Part shown: piece after piece, positions 25,301 through 36,628 of the stretch | Layout of the letters: each line of letters begins with the position of its first letter | How positions within the stretch are numbered: position 1 is the stretch's first letter | Translations under genes and position numbers: made by a program | Assembly: GCA_010093995.1 (NCBI GenBank) | Contig: ML992509.1 | Span: forward strand, 1,077,850-1,141,849 | DNA length: 64,000 nucleotides | Direction of reading: 5' to 3' | DNA from: Elsinoe ampelina | Lineage: Eukaryota | The notes under the pieces: model-generated | Seen by the model: the letters and a program-made list of their open reading frames with translations, nothing else | The model's database searches: none | What the model was told of the DNA's origin: nothing

Positions 25301-25613
25301 AGTGATGGCCACCATGTGTGGCGAATTGATTCAGCTTTGCTACTCCTTTGAGATGCCCCGGACGCCATGCATGAAGCGGTGTGGCGGCTGATAGGTTTTG
25401 CTGGGTATTCTTCCAATCGAAAAGTCCGATGGCATTCGTGCTTCGACAGCATCGCCATTCCGCCAGCTTCGACTTTGTCGAGAGTGCACCATTCTCGCTG
25501 GTAATCTCGTCCATAATATCTGGACCGCTCCACAGCCCGTGCCTTGTCAATCCAGTCCTTGTGGTTCGCAATCGAATAATGCTTTCCTTTCTCTCATGCA
25601 GTCACTTTGTCTC

Positions 25614-26508
25614 TCATCTTCCGCCAAAGCCTCCTGGAGGCGGGAAGCCACGACCGCCTGGTGGGGGCTGGAAGCCCTGCGGGGCGAATCCAGCTACCTT
25701 TCGTTAGTCTCAATTCCTTGAATGGAGGATGATATACTTACCAGGTGCACCGCCTGGAGGACCGCCAAATCCTGGAGGAGGACCGCCGAAACCTGGGGGG
25801 CCACCTGGCGGACCACCACGACCCATGAAGCCAGGAGGACCACCCGGGAATCCACCGGGAAAGCCTTGTGGACCACCAAAACCACCTGGACCTGGTCCAC
25901 CGACACCCACTGCTGGCCCTTGCAATCCTGGGCCTGCACCTCTTCCTGCAGGCCTGCTGATACCTGGACCTGCTGACAACGCCGCTGGTGCTCCCCCAGT
26001 CGGCGCATTAGCATTGCCTAATCGTGCTGCTGGATCTGCTGGTGGTGGTCCCTCGACTGTAGTTGCGACTATGTGTGCGCCGCGAACGATTGTGAGTCCG
26101 AGCATGCGCTTTTCTTCCGACTCGATGAATGCTGGCTGATCTTCTCCTGGCGCGCCCTTGTTTGGCTTTCGTTTTACCCGGCGGAACTCTTCTGTGTCTG
26201 CGAGAACCATGTTCATGTGCTGCAAACATAGTTAGCGCGCTGCCGGAGAGAAACCCCATACCTCGCCCGTACCTTGTCAAATGCGAGCATCTGACCAGCC
26301 ATTTGGCGACCGTCGATCATGGTGATTCGAAGTCGATAGTTGATCTACGGGATGTTAGAGCTGTTGCGCAAGTCGCGACTTGGGGAGCTACCCACCAGAC
26401 CTTGCTGCTACAAGTCAGTGACATGATTGGTACACAATGGCGCGCTTGACCTCAGCCAGCGCAAGAAGTTCTTACCATCTTCCCCTGCTTGTTGATTGAG
26501 GACGCCAT
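25614..26508 (-). CDS. SMB1: Small nuclear ribonucleoprotein SmB
   Basis: Spliced MASSINKQGKM|QGL|INYRLRITMIDGRQMAGQMLAFDK|HMNMVLADTEEFRR..RMLGLTIVRG; Gly/Pro-rich tail. Confidence 0.93.
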
Positions 26509-26823
26509 GCTGGGCGGTACAGCGCGCGAAGGCGGCTCGAAGAGTTGGTGAAGATTCCCGAGCTATTCCAGCAATTTCAGTTCTCGAAGAGCGAGTGTTC
26601 GTAGGCGAAGGACAGTCGTTGGCGCAGTTTGTAATGTCATGAGGTGGTGGTCGAGCATCAGAAAAGTTCACCTGAGCTCGGAGACGTTCAGCCGGCGTTT
26701 TGCCGACCTTGCCAAGCCGCACACTCTCAACCTCAAATCCAAACTTCGACAAATCTTTGGAGAAAGACCACGCCCAGCCAATACCTCTTCACCACATTCA
26801 TTCTCGCCATACCCACCGTCACA

Positions 26824-27551
26824 ATGGTAAGCAATCGCATGCATCATCTCCTTGACGCCCATCGACTGACACAGCACCTCTCAGGCCGAATCCAAGGACA
26901 AGTCCAGCAACCCCATGCGCGAGCTGCGCATCCAGAAGCTCGTCCTCAACATCTCGGTCGGTGAATCCGGTGACAGACTCACTCGTGCCGCAAAGGTGCT
27001 CGAGCAACTGTCCGGTCAAACCCCCGTCTACAGTACATCCCCCCGACGCCCTTCCTCCATCACCCACATCTAACCCCCTCCCCCAGGCAAAGCCCGCTAC
27101 ACCGTCCGCACATTCGGCATCCGCCGCAACGAAAAGATCGCCGTTCACGTCACGGTCCGAGGCCCCAAGGCGGAAGAAATCCTCGAGCGCGGCCTCAAGG
27201 TCAAGGAATACGAGCTCCGCAAGCGCAACTTCTCCGAGACGGGCAACTTTGGCTTCGGCATCAGCGAACACATCGATCTCGGCATCAAGTACGACCCTGG
27301 CATCGGCATCTACGGCATGGACTTCTACTGCTGCATGACCCGCCCCGGCGAGAGGGTGGCCAAGCGAAAGAGGGCGCAGAGCAAGATCGGGGCGTCGCAC
27401 AAGATCAACCAGCAGGAGACGGTGAAGTGGTGAGTTTCTTTCTTCTTTCTTCCTTTTTTTTTCCTACCGGGGACAATCAACCTCGTTGTATTTGTCCCGA
27501 GGCTGACGGTTTCGCAGGTTCAAGAACAGATTCGAGGGCATCGTCAGGTAG
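26824..27551 (+). CDS. RPL11: 60S ribosomal protein L11 (uL5)
   Basis: ATG|intron; [78 protein letters not shown]. Confidence 0.97.
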
Positions 27552-28206
27552 ATATCCTGCGTCAAACAGGATGTTTGTCTGTCTTCGTTTCCTCTTTAGC
27601 ATATTTCCCCCCCCCCCATGGCGGCTAGGCGCACGGGGAATCATCGACCGTAGCTCGATAAGATGAATGCTACAAAATACGTTTTCATGGCCTATCGGAG
27701 AGCACGCAAGATCGTCGTAATGGAGGCGTCACTGGTTGACTGCCGTGTAACCATTGATCGGTGTCGTGTCTTCTTCTTTTGGTGTCCTTGGGCACATGTC
27801 TTGTTGCATTGTTCGATGGTGGTCGACGAAGCCTGTGACCGGAACGGAGATGTTATCGCGTTGCTGGAAGGAAGGACGGCTGGAAAGGTGTGAGTAAAGC
27901 ACTGATGTCGTGTTCCTCATCTCGGGTCAAAATGACGGACGAGCCTTGCTCGCCACCATTCTCCGGGCTACAGAGCAGTGAGTGCCGATGTTCATCTCCC
28001 TGGCCGTGACACGACAGCGCTCATGACCAATCTTGCATTTCGCTCTACGTGACCCAAATGGTGCTCACTCTAACTCAACACCAGCCATGCCCTCCAACTC
28101 CAATGCTCCACACCAGCCTCCTGCTCATGGAACCTCTTCTTCTGCATCACAATCCCGCGCCTATCTTGTTCTTCCATGAAAACTCCCACCCGTAAATAGC
28201 TCAATC

Positions 28207-30787
28207 TCAAAAGTCCATATCCTCATCCTCCCCCGTCTCAATAAACACCAACCTCGTCCCCTCAGCCGCAGTCTGCCAGATCTGTTTCCCGTTAGCCTCT
28301 CATCTCCCACAAACCCCCCGACACTCAAAATCAAGAACTTACGTCCAAATCAGCATACTCATCCAAACACGCCTCCAGCTGCTGCACCGTGAACCCCTTG
28401 GCCAACACCCTCTCCCTCACCCTCCTGAGATCCAACTCGCCCGCCGCCCCTCCCTCGGTCGCCGCCGCCCCCGTCTCCTTCATCCCCCTGATCAGATTAA
28501 ATATGCGCGACGAAACGCTCGCGTCCCCTCTCCTCCCCTTGTCGTCGTCGTACAGACTCGCGCGGCTCACTTCGATCAACCGCAGACTCTCATCCACGTC
28601 TTCCGTGATGACTTCGTTTGCGAAGCGGAGGCGCGCGAGGGCTTGGGAGAGACGTAGCACGCCGAGGAGGGTTCGGGGGGAGGTGTGCGTGAAGACGCGC
28701 TTGGTGCCCTCGTCGCGCTTTTGTTGTTGGCGCATGCGGACGTAAGCGCCGACGAGGTAGTCGGTGACGCTCTTGGGGACGACGGGCCGGTAGGTGCGTG
28801 CGCGTGACACCCATTGGCGGACTTCGGCGGGGGTGAAGAGGTGCGCGCCGCCTGCGGGTTCCGGGTGGCGGTTGTGCATGTGTACGTGGGTGACGTGGCG
28901 GGCGAGTTCTTCGTCCGTGTCGCGGGTGGGGGTGTCGAGGATGAGGAAGAGGATGTCGAAACGGGAGAGGAGGGCGGCGGGGAGGTTGATATTCTCGACA
29001 GGGGAGATGCGGGGGTTGTACCGCCCGTAGAGGGGATTGGCGGCGGCGAGGATGGAGGTGCGGGCATTGAGAGTAGTGGTGATGCCGGCCTTGGAGATAG
29101 AAATGGTTTGTTGTTCCATGACTTCGTGGATGGCGGTGCGGTCTGCGTCGTCCATCTTGTCGAACTCGTCGATGCAGCAGGTACCGTTGTCGGCGAGGAC
29201 GAGAGCACCGCCCTCCAGGACCATCTCATCTGTGACGGGATCTCGCATGACGGCTGCGGTGAGACCGACGCCTGAGGAACCACGCCCGGTAGTGTAGACT
29301 CCTCGAGGGACGACCTTGGTGATGTACTTGAGCAATTGCGATTTGGCCACACCAGGATCACCCATCAAGCACACGTTGATGTCGCCTCGAATCCTCATGC
29401 CATCACCGACTTCCTTGGTGACACCACCAATCAGCTGCAGAAGCAGTGCCTTCTTCACATCCAGATGTCCGAAGATCTCTGGTGCAATGGACCTAGACAG
29501 CGACTCGTACAGCTGGCCTGACTGTTCCAGATCGGCCATTCGTCGAAGTGTCGAAGGAGCCAACACCATCGAGTCGTACGCCTTCTTGTGTTGATGCACA
29601 TACTGCGCTTCGAGGTAAGTGTCTGTGAGCAGACCAGCCCGAATGGCCTTGAATCCCGTGTACGGCGTCGGAAGGAAGATTCCAGCGATATCCACCACGT
29701 CTCCAGGATTGATCTGCCTCGCAAGCGCTCCATGGCAATGCACCGTCAACTGCCGCGGGATATGGCCTACAGGCACCTGATCCGCCATCTCCTGGATCTT
29801 GACCTCTTGGAAAGGCAAGAACTTCGAAGCTCTGGTCGAAAGAAACAGCTGTCCCTTTGCACTCGTCTGTTTGCAGGCTTCCGACGGGCACTGTACCAAC
29901 GGCGTGAACTGCTTCGTCGTCACCGGCTGGAACACCTCCCTTCCACAACGATCGCAAGAGTAAGCATTGACCTGCACCGAAGGCTTGACGTCCGACACCC
30001 TCGTCGTGATACCCCGCACCGTGATCAGCTGTCCCAGATGCTCGCCCTTGACATTCCTCACCGCGAGCGCCTTTATCGATTTCTGACTACTCGCAGCGGC
30101 AGGCATTCTCGGCTTGAAATTCAGCGTGTACCTCCTCGTCAGTGAGGGCGGGAACATGTCGTCTTCTGCCACGCCCTCGCCTGCCTCGTCCATTGCTTCT
30201 TGCGTGGCGTTCCTCCGCGATCGCTGTGTCATGATGATGTCCAGCACGTCGTCCTTGAAGGTCAATTCTCGCTGTGGTTCCGGGAGTACTTTGTCCACCG
30301 CTCGCGAGAATATTTCGATGTAGTGCTGCGCGTTTCTCTCGATCGAAGAAACAAGCTTGAGTTCGTCCGCTTGGTCGCCAAGTGTCTTCTCGTACTGCCT
30401 CTTGTCAGTCAAACTCTCCAATTATGACATGACACACTTACCAGCTCCAGATCATCCAGGTCAATCAACACATTTGATATCCGCCTGTCCGCCACGTCTT
30501 GCAGCATGGTCACATACTTGTGTTTCGACCCCTGCCGTGCTTGACCATTCTGTGCTCCACCCTCTGCGTCATCCATGAAGTCGTAGTCGCTCTCCGCATC
30601 GTCTCCGTTGAGGTGCAGGCTTTGCAGCGCATCTGCAGTCTCATTTGAGGATGCGGATTTGAAGTTTTGGAGAAAGTCCGAGAAAGCAGCTGAGGTCTGT
30701 CAGTGGTATATCTCGCTCTGTTAGAAGACGGCGCCTACTTTGCTGCGCTTCGTAGTCCGCAAGCGCGCGGTGTGTGAGGAGCGCCAT
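28207..30787 (-). CDS. MCM7: DNA replication licensing helicase subunit Mcm7
   Basis: Zn finger [20 protein letters not shown]; Walker [20 protein letters not shown]; arginine finger LLSRFD; final exon [14 protein letters not shown]. Confidence 0.96.
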
Positions 30788-30964
30788 ATTGGCGGAAATA
30801 TGGAAAGAGTAGGGTCAAAAAGTGATCTTCGGTGCAACAGGTAAGTGCCTCGTTGAAGGCAAGATCGTGAGGAGGATTCTGCGCTGCGCTGGGAAGCAAT
30901 GCTGAACACAAGAGCTAAGCCGGTATGGAATTTGGAGATTGAAGTTCCTGGCGGGCCAGGGGCA

Positions 30965-30991
30965 ACGCGCAGAAACGCGTCCGGAACGCGT
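30965..30991. promoter_or_regulatory. MCB (MluI cell-cycle box) elements upstream of MCM7
   Basis: Two exact ACGCGT sites (30975-30980, 30986-30991) plus ACGCGC at 30965, ~190 bp upstream of the ATG; MBF/MCB control of G1/S genes is established in ascomycetes. Confidence 0.65.
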
Positions 30992-31439
30992 AACCCATTT
31001 CGAAGCGGGATGATCCGCGCGTGATGTGGCGTTTCGATCGCTTAGCGCCGACAAGCATCATGGATTGAAGTGGCTGACGATCTTTGATCTGCTGTAGTAT
31101 GACCTGCGAGCTCCATTCCACTCGTCGTTAGCGTCCGAGTGTCACTGCAATATCTCCACACCTAGATTGTTCGGAGCATGGCATTGTTGCATATCATGAT
31201 TGTTTCTATCTTCATGCCTCATTAGAGTTACACATTGTACGAATGTTGCCGTAATCCATTAGTCCGTCCTGTGTGTCCTCCACAACACGCACCCACCCCT
31301 TCACCTCCCTCGTCTTCCATCACCCACGAACCATCCTCCATCCCGACTACCTTCTCCGCTCAACAGTCACCTTCCCTCATCTCCTCCCTCTTTCCCTCCC
31401 CAATCCCTCCCTCCCCATTCGGCTCCCCGTCCGGATCCC

Positions 31440-34400
31440 CTAAATCCTCCTCACAAAAACCGGTACATCACTAAGATCCACCCCAAAGCTCTCGGACAAA
31501 ACCACACTCTTCCTATGCGCCCTCTCGCTCGCACCACTCCTCGTCCCCGCGCTCCCCGTGAACCCCTGCCCTCTATCCCATCCGTAATCCAGCCCGCCGC
31601 CGAAACGATCAAACAGACTCTCCGGCGTGTGCTGCGCGGAGTCGCTCGCGCTGGCGTGGGACCAGCGTTTTTCTCGGTCTGATTGGGCTTGGTGAGAGGA
31701 GGATACGGCGAGGGAGAGGCGATCTTGGTGGATCGGGGTGTGGTGGTGGGGTTTGGATGGGGCCGGGCGAGTGGGAGGGGGTGGCTGGAGGAGGCGTGGC
31801 GTTTCCCTCGTTGGGGATGTGAGTTTGGTGATGGATACGGCATCGCTGGCGCGGTAGGCGCGGTAGGCTCCGTCGGAGTCGTGGTCGGTGGCGGTTTGGA
31901 CGTTGGTGGAGATTGTGGTCAAGGGTGCGTTCTGGCGGGCGGTAGTGGTTGGCTTGGTGTGCTTGCCGACTGGGGCGTGCACGCTGGAGGCCGAGACGGC
32001 ACTGTCGTTACGGGAGACGGCGGACTTGCCCTGAGCGAGCGCCGGCGTAGCCTGCCCGGAGCGAGGCTTGCTGGGCGTGTTGTTGGCTTCCCAAGGAACG
32101 GTGCGAGGTTGGGACGATGCCATGCGATTCGGGTCTGGTGGCGGTGACGAGAAGCGAGAGGCAATGTACGCTGGACTGTTCACGTCTGGGAGTTTGGGCG
32201 ATCGACTGTCGGATCGACTGCCAGATCTTGATGTGCGCTCTTTGGAGCTTTCCCTCAGGAAAATACGCTCAAAGGTATTGCGTCGCTCCTTACGAGGTGG
32301 CTCTTGCGCCTTCCTGGGCTCTGACTGAGTCTCCTGTGGTGTACCAGCAACAGCTTGACCAATGATCTTATTCTTTGGTGTCTTTGGGATGGCAGTGAGC
32401 TCATCATCTGCATCATCCTTCATCGCGCGGTGTGCACTTGCGGCGACAGACCTTGAGCGCTGTCGGCGAGCAGCGTCCTCCTTTGTCGCAGACTCAGTCT
32501 TGGGAATCGTACGCTCTCCAGCCGAGCTCTGTCTCCTGTCTGCAGGCGTCACACCTCTCGGCAGACTTTGCGCACGTTTGTAGTCCTTGATATTCTCAGT
32601 AGATTCCTGAGCCGTCCGAGGAGACCAGCGCTGATCATTGACCCGCTCGATAGGAGGGTAAGCATCAGCGTACTCCTTGACAGAGAACTCGGCGTAGAAT
32701 CGAGGACGGGAAGCGCTCCTCTGACGAGGCGACTTCTCAGCCGTAATGTTGACCTCTTTCGCCCTCATGACCTCTGCGAATTGCGGGACAGTCTCTGCCA
32801 CGGTCGGTGTATCCTGCTCCCTTGGCAAGTTGACTTCGGGACGAGCCAGACTCTTGCTCCTGCTACGGCCACGCAGACGGAAGCGACTCTTCTTTTTCTG
32901 CAAGTCGGGCTCCGCACTATTCGGCTCCGACGATGGTAAAGCAGCCTTGACGGGTGTTGTCATCTTTCCTGCTTTTGGCAACTTGGGTGACATTGGCGCG
33001 TCTTTCGCCTGATCCAGTCGGTCAAGGGACTCGCGAGACATTTGGGCTTGAGCGGCAAATGCATGCTCCGGATGGAACGAGCCTGGAGCTCGACAGATGC
33101 GGCGAGAGAAGTTCACAGACATCTCATCCGGCACAGTCGGGTAGAGACTAGGAGACATTGGTGACGAGATGACTTCAAAGCTGCTGTTCCTGTTGACTGG
33201 TGGCGGCTTGTAGAGCTTCCTCCTTGGTTTGGGTGTCTTTTCTCCCGATTTGGTATCCTGAGAGTCGAGATCGCTCGACACGACAGATGGGATCGATGAT
33301 GAAGAAGAAGCTGGGTTGCGCTGCATGGGTGGAGGGATCAGGTGATCCTTGACAGGTACTGCGGGTGATTTGACTGGATCGGAAAGGTCGCGAAGCTCAG
33401 CTGTTGTAATATCATCGTCTCCAGCTTCGGACGGTACCGAGTGGATATCTGACACGCTGGGTATCGTCTCGAGCTGGCAATTCGACCTCTTCGCGAGTTG
33501 ATAATTGGCTGGCCTCGGGAACATGGGAATTGAGTCGAGGGATTCTTCGTCTGACGAGATGCGTCCTCTACTAACAGTAATCTCGGAAGCATACCCACTG
33601 TCTGCCTTGATGGGTTTCGCGGGACGTGGGTTTGAGTTCAGTGGTGAAAGACGCTGAACCGTTGCCGGGTACAACGAGCTGGAATCTGAACCAGAAGAGG
33701 GTGGTGGGCTCTGTTGAAGTGCGTGACCTGTCAGTCTCTCGAAAGCAAAGGTCGGGCTCTGGATTCGCTCTTCGATCAGGACAGGGCTCTGCGCGCGTTC
33801 GGCGAGAGATTCGTTGTCTTCGATTGTCGACAGTCTCGAGATGACACTGCCCACAGAAACATTGAAGGCAGGTTTCCTATATGGACCGGCGTTCGAAATG
33901 TCATTGTGGTAGTCGTTGTCCGCAAAGGAGACTCCTTGAGGCTTTGGGGTATAGGCGATGATCTCATCTTCCGAAGAGTCATCGTACGAATCCAGACCAG
34001 GTATGATAGATCTCCTGTTCAGATCTTTGACTTCTCTTGAGACGGTGTTGGTGGGTCGTGGCGTGACGGAATCCTCGCGTAGATCCGCAATCTCCTCGAC
34101 GGTCCAGTTGACTTGAGGCTGTGGCTCAGAATGAGATCGGCTATGAGATGGCTTGATCGCAATCGGACTATCATCGGCCTCGGAGATGATGCTCGGCTCA
34201 GGTGAAACAGCTCCATTGGTGACACGCAGGGTACCTAGCTGCAGTCCCCCAATGGCAGAGATGTCGAGGTCGGCGGGGCTGTAGGACCGCGAAAGAGTAG
34301 GAACACCTCGGTGAGGAGGCAGTTCCGTGCAGGAAGCCTGGCGAGGTAGCATGCCGGGCTTCGGAGGGGCGGAAGACGCGATCTGTTGTGAAAGTGGTCG

Positions 34401-35123
34401 GGCTTTTATGGGTTTTTGTGGAAGTGCAGGTGAAGGTGAAGATGTTACATCTTTTGGTGATTTGCCAGGCGACTTGCTTCGAGTGGCAATCCCAGGAGTT
34501 ACCATGGAACTGCGTCTCGAGTAAGGAGTGACGACAGCATCTTGCACAGGACGAGTGCTGGCGTTGCTTGGCTTGGTAGGCAACAATGCTCTATGCAGGG
34601 CGACAAGCTCTTCCGGGCTTGCCTTCTTCTTCAGCTCCTGCAAGAGTAGAATCGCGGCGTCGATGTCGATTCCATCATCCTCACTTTCGCCTTGCTTATC
34701 GCATAGAATGTTCTTTAGCGAAGTCTTCTTCGCCACCGTCTTGAGCAGGTCAGCAGACATGGTATCGTTATCGGGGGTATCTGGGGTGTCGAAGTCGAGC
34801 GGCTCTTCAACGATGCCGGTGGGCCGCGACCAGTATGTACCCTCCGGACTGTTTGGTTCTGAGAATAGCACCGAGCTTCGAAAGCTCCTTCGGTCAAATG
34901 ACTTGCGGGTGAGATCGACCAGACTGTGCCGATTTGGGCGTGAAGTCGAATCCGACCTTTGTGTTCCACTAGTCTCACTATACCGTGATTTCGTGAGTCG
35001 TCGTACGGCACTATTACTCCTCGTAGCAGTCGTTTCGTTCGTTTCGACGGGTGAAAGCAACTCGTCCTCGCTCAGCGATTTCCTAGCGGATCGCCGGCGG
35101 ACAAAGGCAGCTATTTCAACCAT
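31440..35123 (-). CDS. Large Ser/Pro-rich protein of unknown function; true start uncertain
   Basis: 1227-codon ORF with ordered-looking islands LQELKKKASPEELVALHRALLP, LGTLRVTNGAVSP and C-terminal FDRFGGGLDYGWDRGQGFTGSAGTR..FGVDLSDVPVF. Confidence 0.8.
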   Translation of the reverse strand: MVEIAAFVRRRSARKSLSEDELLSPVETNETTATRSNSAVRRLTKSRYSETSGTQRSDSTSRPNRHSLVDLTRKSFDRRSFRSSVLFSEPNSPEGTYWSRPTGIVEEPLDFDTPDTPDNDTMSADLLKTVAKKTSLKNILCDKQGESEDDGIDIDAAILLLQELKKKASPEELVALHRALLPTKPSNASTRPVQDAVVTPYSRRSSMVTPGIATRSKSPGKSPKDVTSSPSPALPQKPIKARPLSQQIASSAPPKPGMLPRQASCTELPPHRGVPTLSRSYSPADLDISAIGGLQLGTLRVTNGAVSPEPSIISEADDSPIAIKPSHSRSHSEPQPQVNWTVEEIADLREDSVTPRPTNTVSREVKDLNRRSIIPGLDSYDDSSEDEIIAYTPKPQGVSFADNDYHNDISNAGPYRKPAFNVSVGSVISRLSTIEDNESLAERAQSPVLIEERIQSPTFAFERLTGHALQQSPPPSSGSDSSSLYPATVQRLSPLNSNPRPAKPIKADSGYASEITVSRGRISSDEESLDSIPMFPRPANYQLAKRSNCQLETIPSVSDIHSVPSEAGDDDITTAELRDLSDPVKSPAVPVKDHLIPPPMQRNPASSSSSIPSVVSSDLDSQDTKSGEKTPKPRRKLYKPPPVNRNSSFEVISSPMSPSLYPTVPDEMSVNFSRRICRAPGSFHPEHAFAAQAQMSRESLDRLDQAKDAPMSPKLPKAGKMTTPVKAALPSSEPNSAEPDLQKKKSRFRLRGRSRSKSLARPEVNLPREQDTPTVAETVPQFAEVMRAKEVNITAEKSPRQRSASRPRFYAEFSVKEYADAYPPIERVNDQRWSPRTAQESTENIKDYKRAQSLPRGVTPADRRQSSAGERTIPKTESATKEDAARRQRSRSVAASAHRAMKDDADDELTAIPKTPKNKIIGQAVAGTPQETQSEPRKAQEPPRKERRNTFERIFLRESSKERTSRSGSRSDSRSPKLPDVNSPAYIASRFSSPPPDPNRMASSQPRTVPWEANNTPSKPRSGQATPALAQGKSAVSRNDSAVSASSVHAPVGKHTKPTTTARQNAPLTTISTNVQTATDHDSDGAYRAYRASDAVSITKLTSPTRETPRLLQPPPPTRPAPSKPHHHTPIHQDRLSLAVSSSHQAQSDREKRWSHASASDSAQHTPESLFDRFGGGLDYGWDRGQGFTGSAGTRSGASERAHRKSVVLSESFGVDLSDVPVFVRRI

Positions 35124-36628
35124 GCTGGAGCGACCGTTGAACTACGTTTCGGGGATGACGAGAGCGTGGGGCTCGGATGGGATGATGCGTGGTGGTCTGC
35201 TGCCGGGTATGATCGTCTTGTGCGCAGTCATGCGTTGGAGATGTCCGGCCAACGCGAACGGCCTTTGTGCAGGACGTTGTTCGGGTGGCTTTCCGTATCT
35301 AACGATGGTGGATGTCTGTAGCGAATGGCATTGATCAGTCAATTGGTCACGGCCTAGGGAGAAGACATGGCTGATGCAATTGAAATGGAATGTAAAGTTA
35401 CAGGGCAGCTAAGCCATGCAAGAGAAGCGGTGAGAATGTAACGACGGTGAATTAGAAGTGAAGCATGTGAAATGTGAAGCTGTCCTCGAAAGTGCACATG
35501 TGCGTTCCCAGCTCTGAAGAAAAGGCACAAGCTCCTTGCTGGACAGGGCGAGATGGAATCGCGCTGGTAGTATAGCTTTCCCTAACACGGGCCAGGGCGG
35601 GCGGGAATATGGTTGGCTGGTGACGAATTAAACAAGGGAAGACCAGGATGGCGGACGATTGCATGATGGCCAGTGGATTCTCGGTGGATCAGGCTTTTGG
35701 AGCATCCTTGATTTCCTGCAAGCCAGCGGGACCTTTGGGACCTTTGGGACCTTGGGGGAAACTCTGGCTGGAGATGTGGCTGGAAACGTGTCGATCGCAT
35801 CTCGACAGAAACACCAAACACCGCGCGTGCTCCCCGACGGACGCAGCACCGTTGAAGCTGACAGTCTCGTGTCCAAAACAAGGAGTCTTCCGCCTGCAAG
35901 CCTCTCAATCCGATAGGCTCTGGACATATCCTTGCCTCTCTGGCACATCGAGGCAGCAGCGCAATGCCTCGGGCTGACAATTGCGTTTGCAGATTTGAAG
36001 ACGGAGTTTGCAGATCGCGGCCGAGAAAGACCAGAGAAGAGACCTGGTGCCGATCGTGCCGCCTCCAGTGGCGGTGCAGCCGCGAGTCAAGGTATGGCGG
36101 TGCAGTTCCCATTGGCGTGTTTCGAGTTGAACAACAGGATCAGCTCTGTCAAGCAAGATTCTGTTTTGATGCTGCCGTCACGATGCGATAAAATCGTGCT
36201 GGTGACCCTGCTCTTTGGTCCGTCTTTCGCCACGACATAACGCCTCAATTTCATTCGCAATATTACAAAGAATTTTGTCGACTCACCAGGATTGTCACGA
36301 CCAGGAATTAGTATCTTTGCGTATCAATGACGGCGCTTATGATACACAAACTATTCGAATCTAGGTTTCTGTGATGCCAGGTCAACGAAGCGGCCTGTCA
36401 AGAATGGCGTTCGCTGGACACCTCAGGCGGGAGCTGAAGCTGAAAAGAGCTTGGAGCTTGAAGCTTCTTCCTCCCCAGCCTCCGACTCGTGCAAAACTGG
36501 CCGTGCGTCGTCAAAGCTTGCATCCCACTATTTGCCCGACACAGTATGTGCACACAAACACCACGTGGAAAAAAACATATCACGACATGACCACATTGAT
36601 TCGCAGACGCCCCACTACCACCAGCCAT

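Noticed and set aside
35728..35758. Short tandem GGGACCTTT repeats (also CACTAG x3 at ~45782)
   Set aside because: Only about three units with no spacers; simple repeats, not CRISPR-like.
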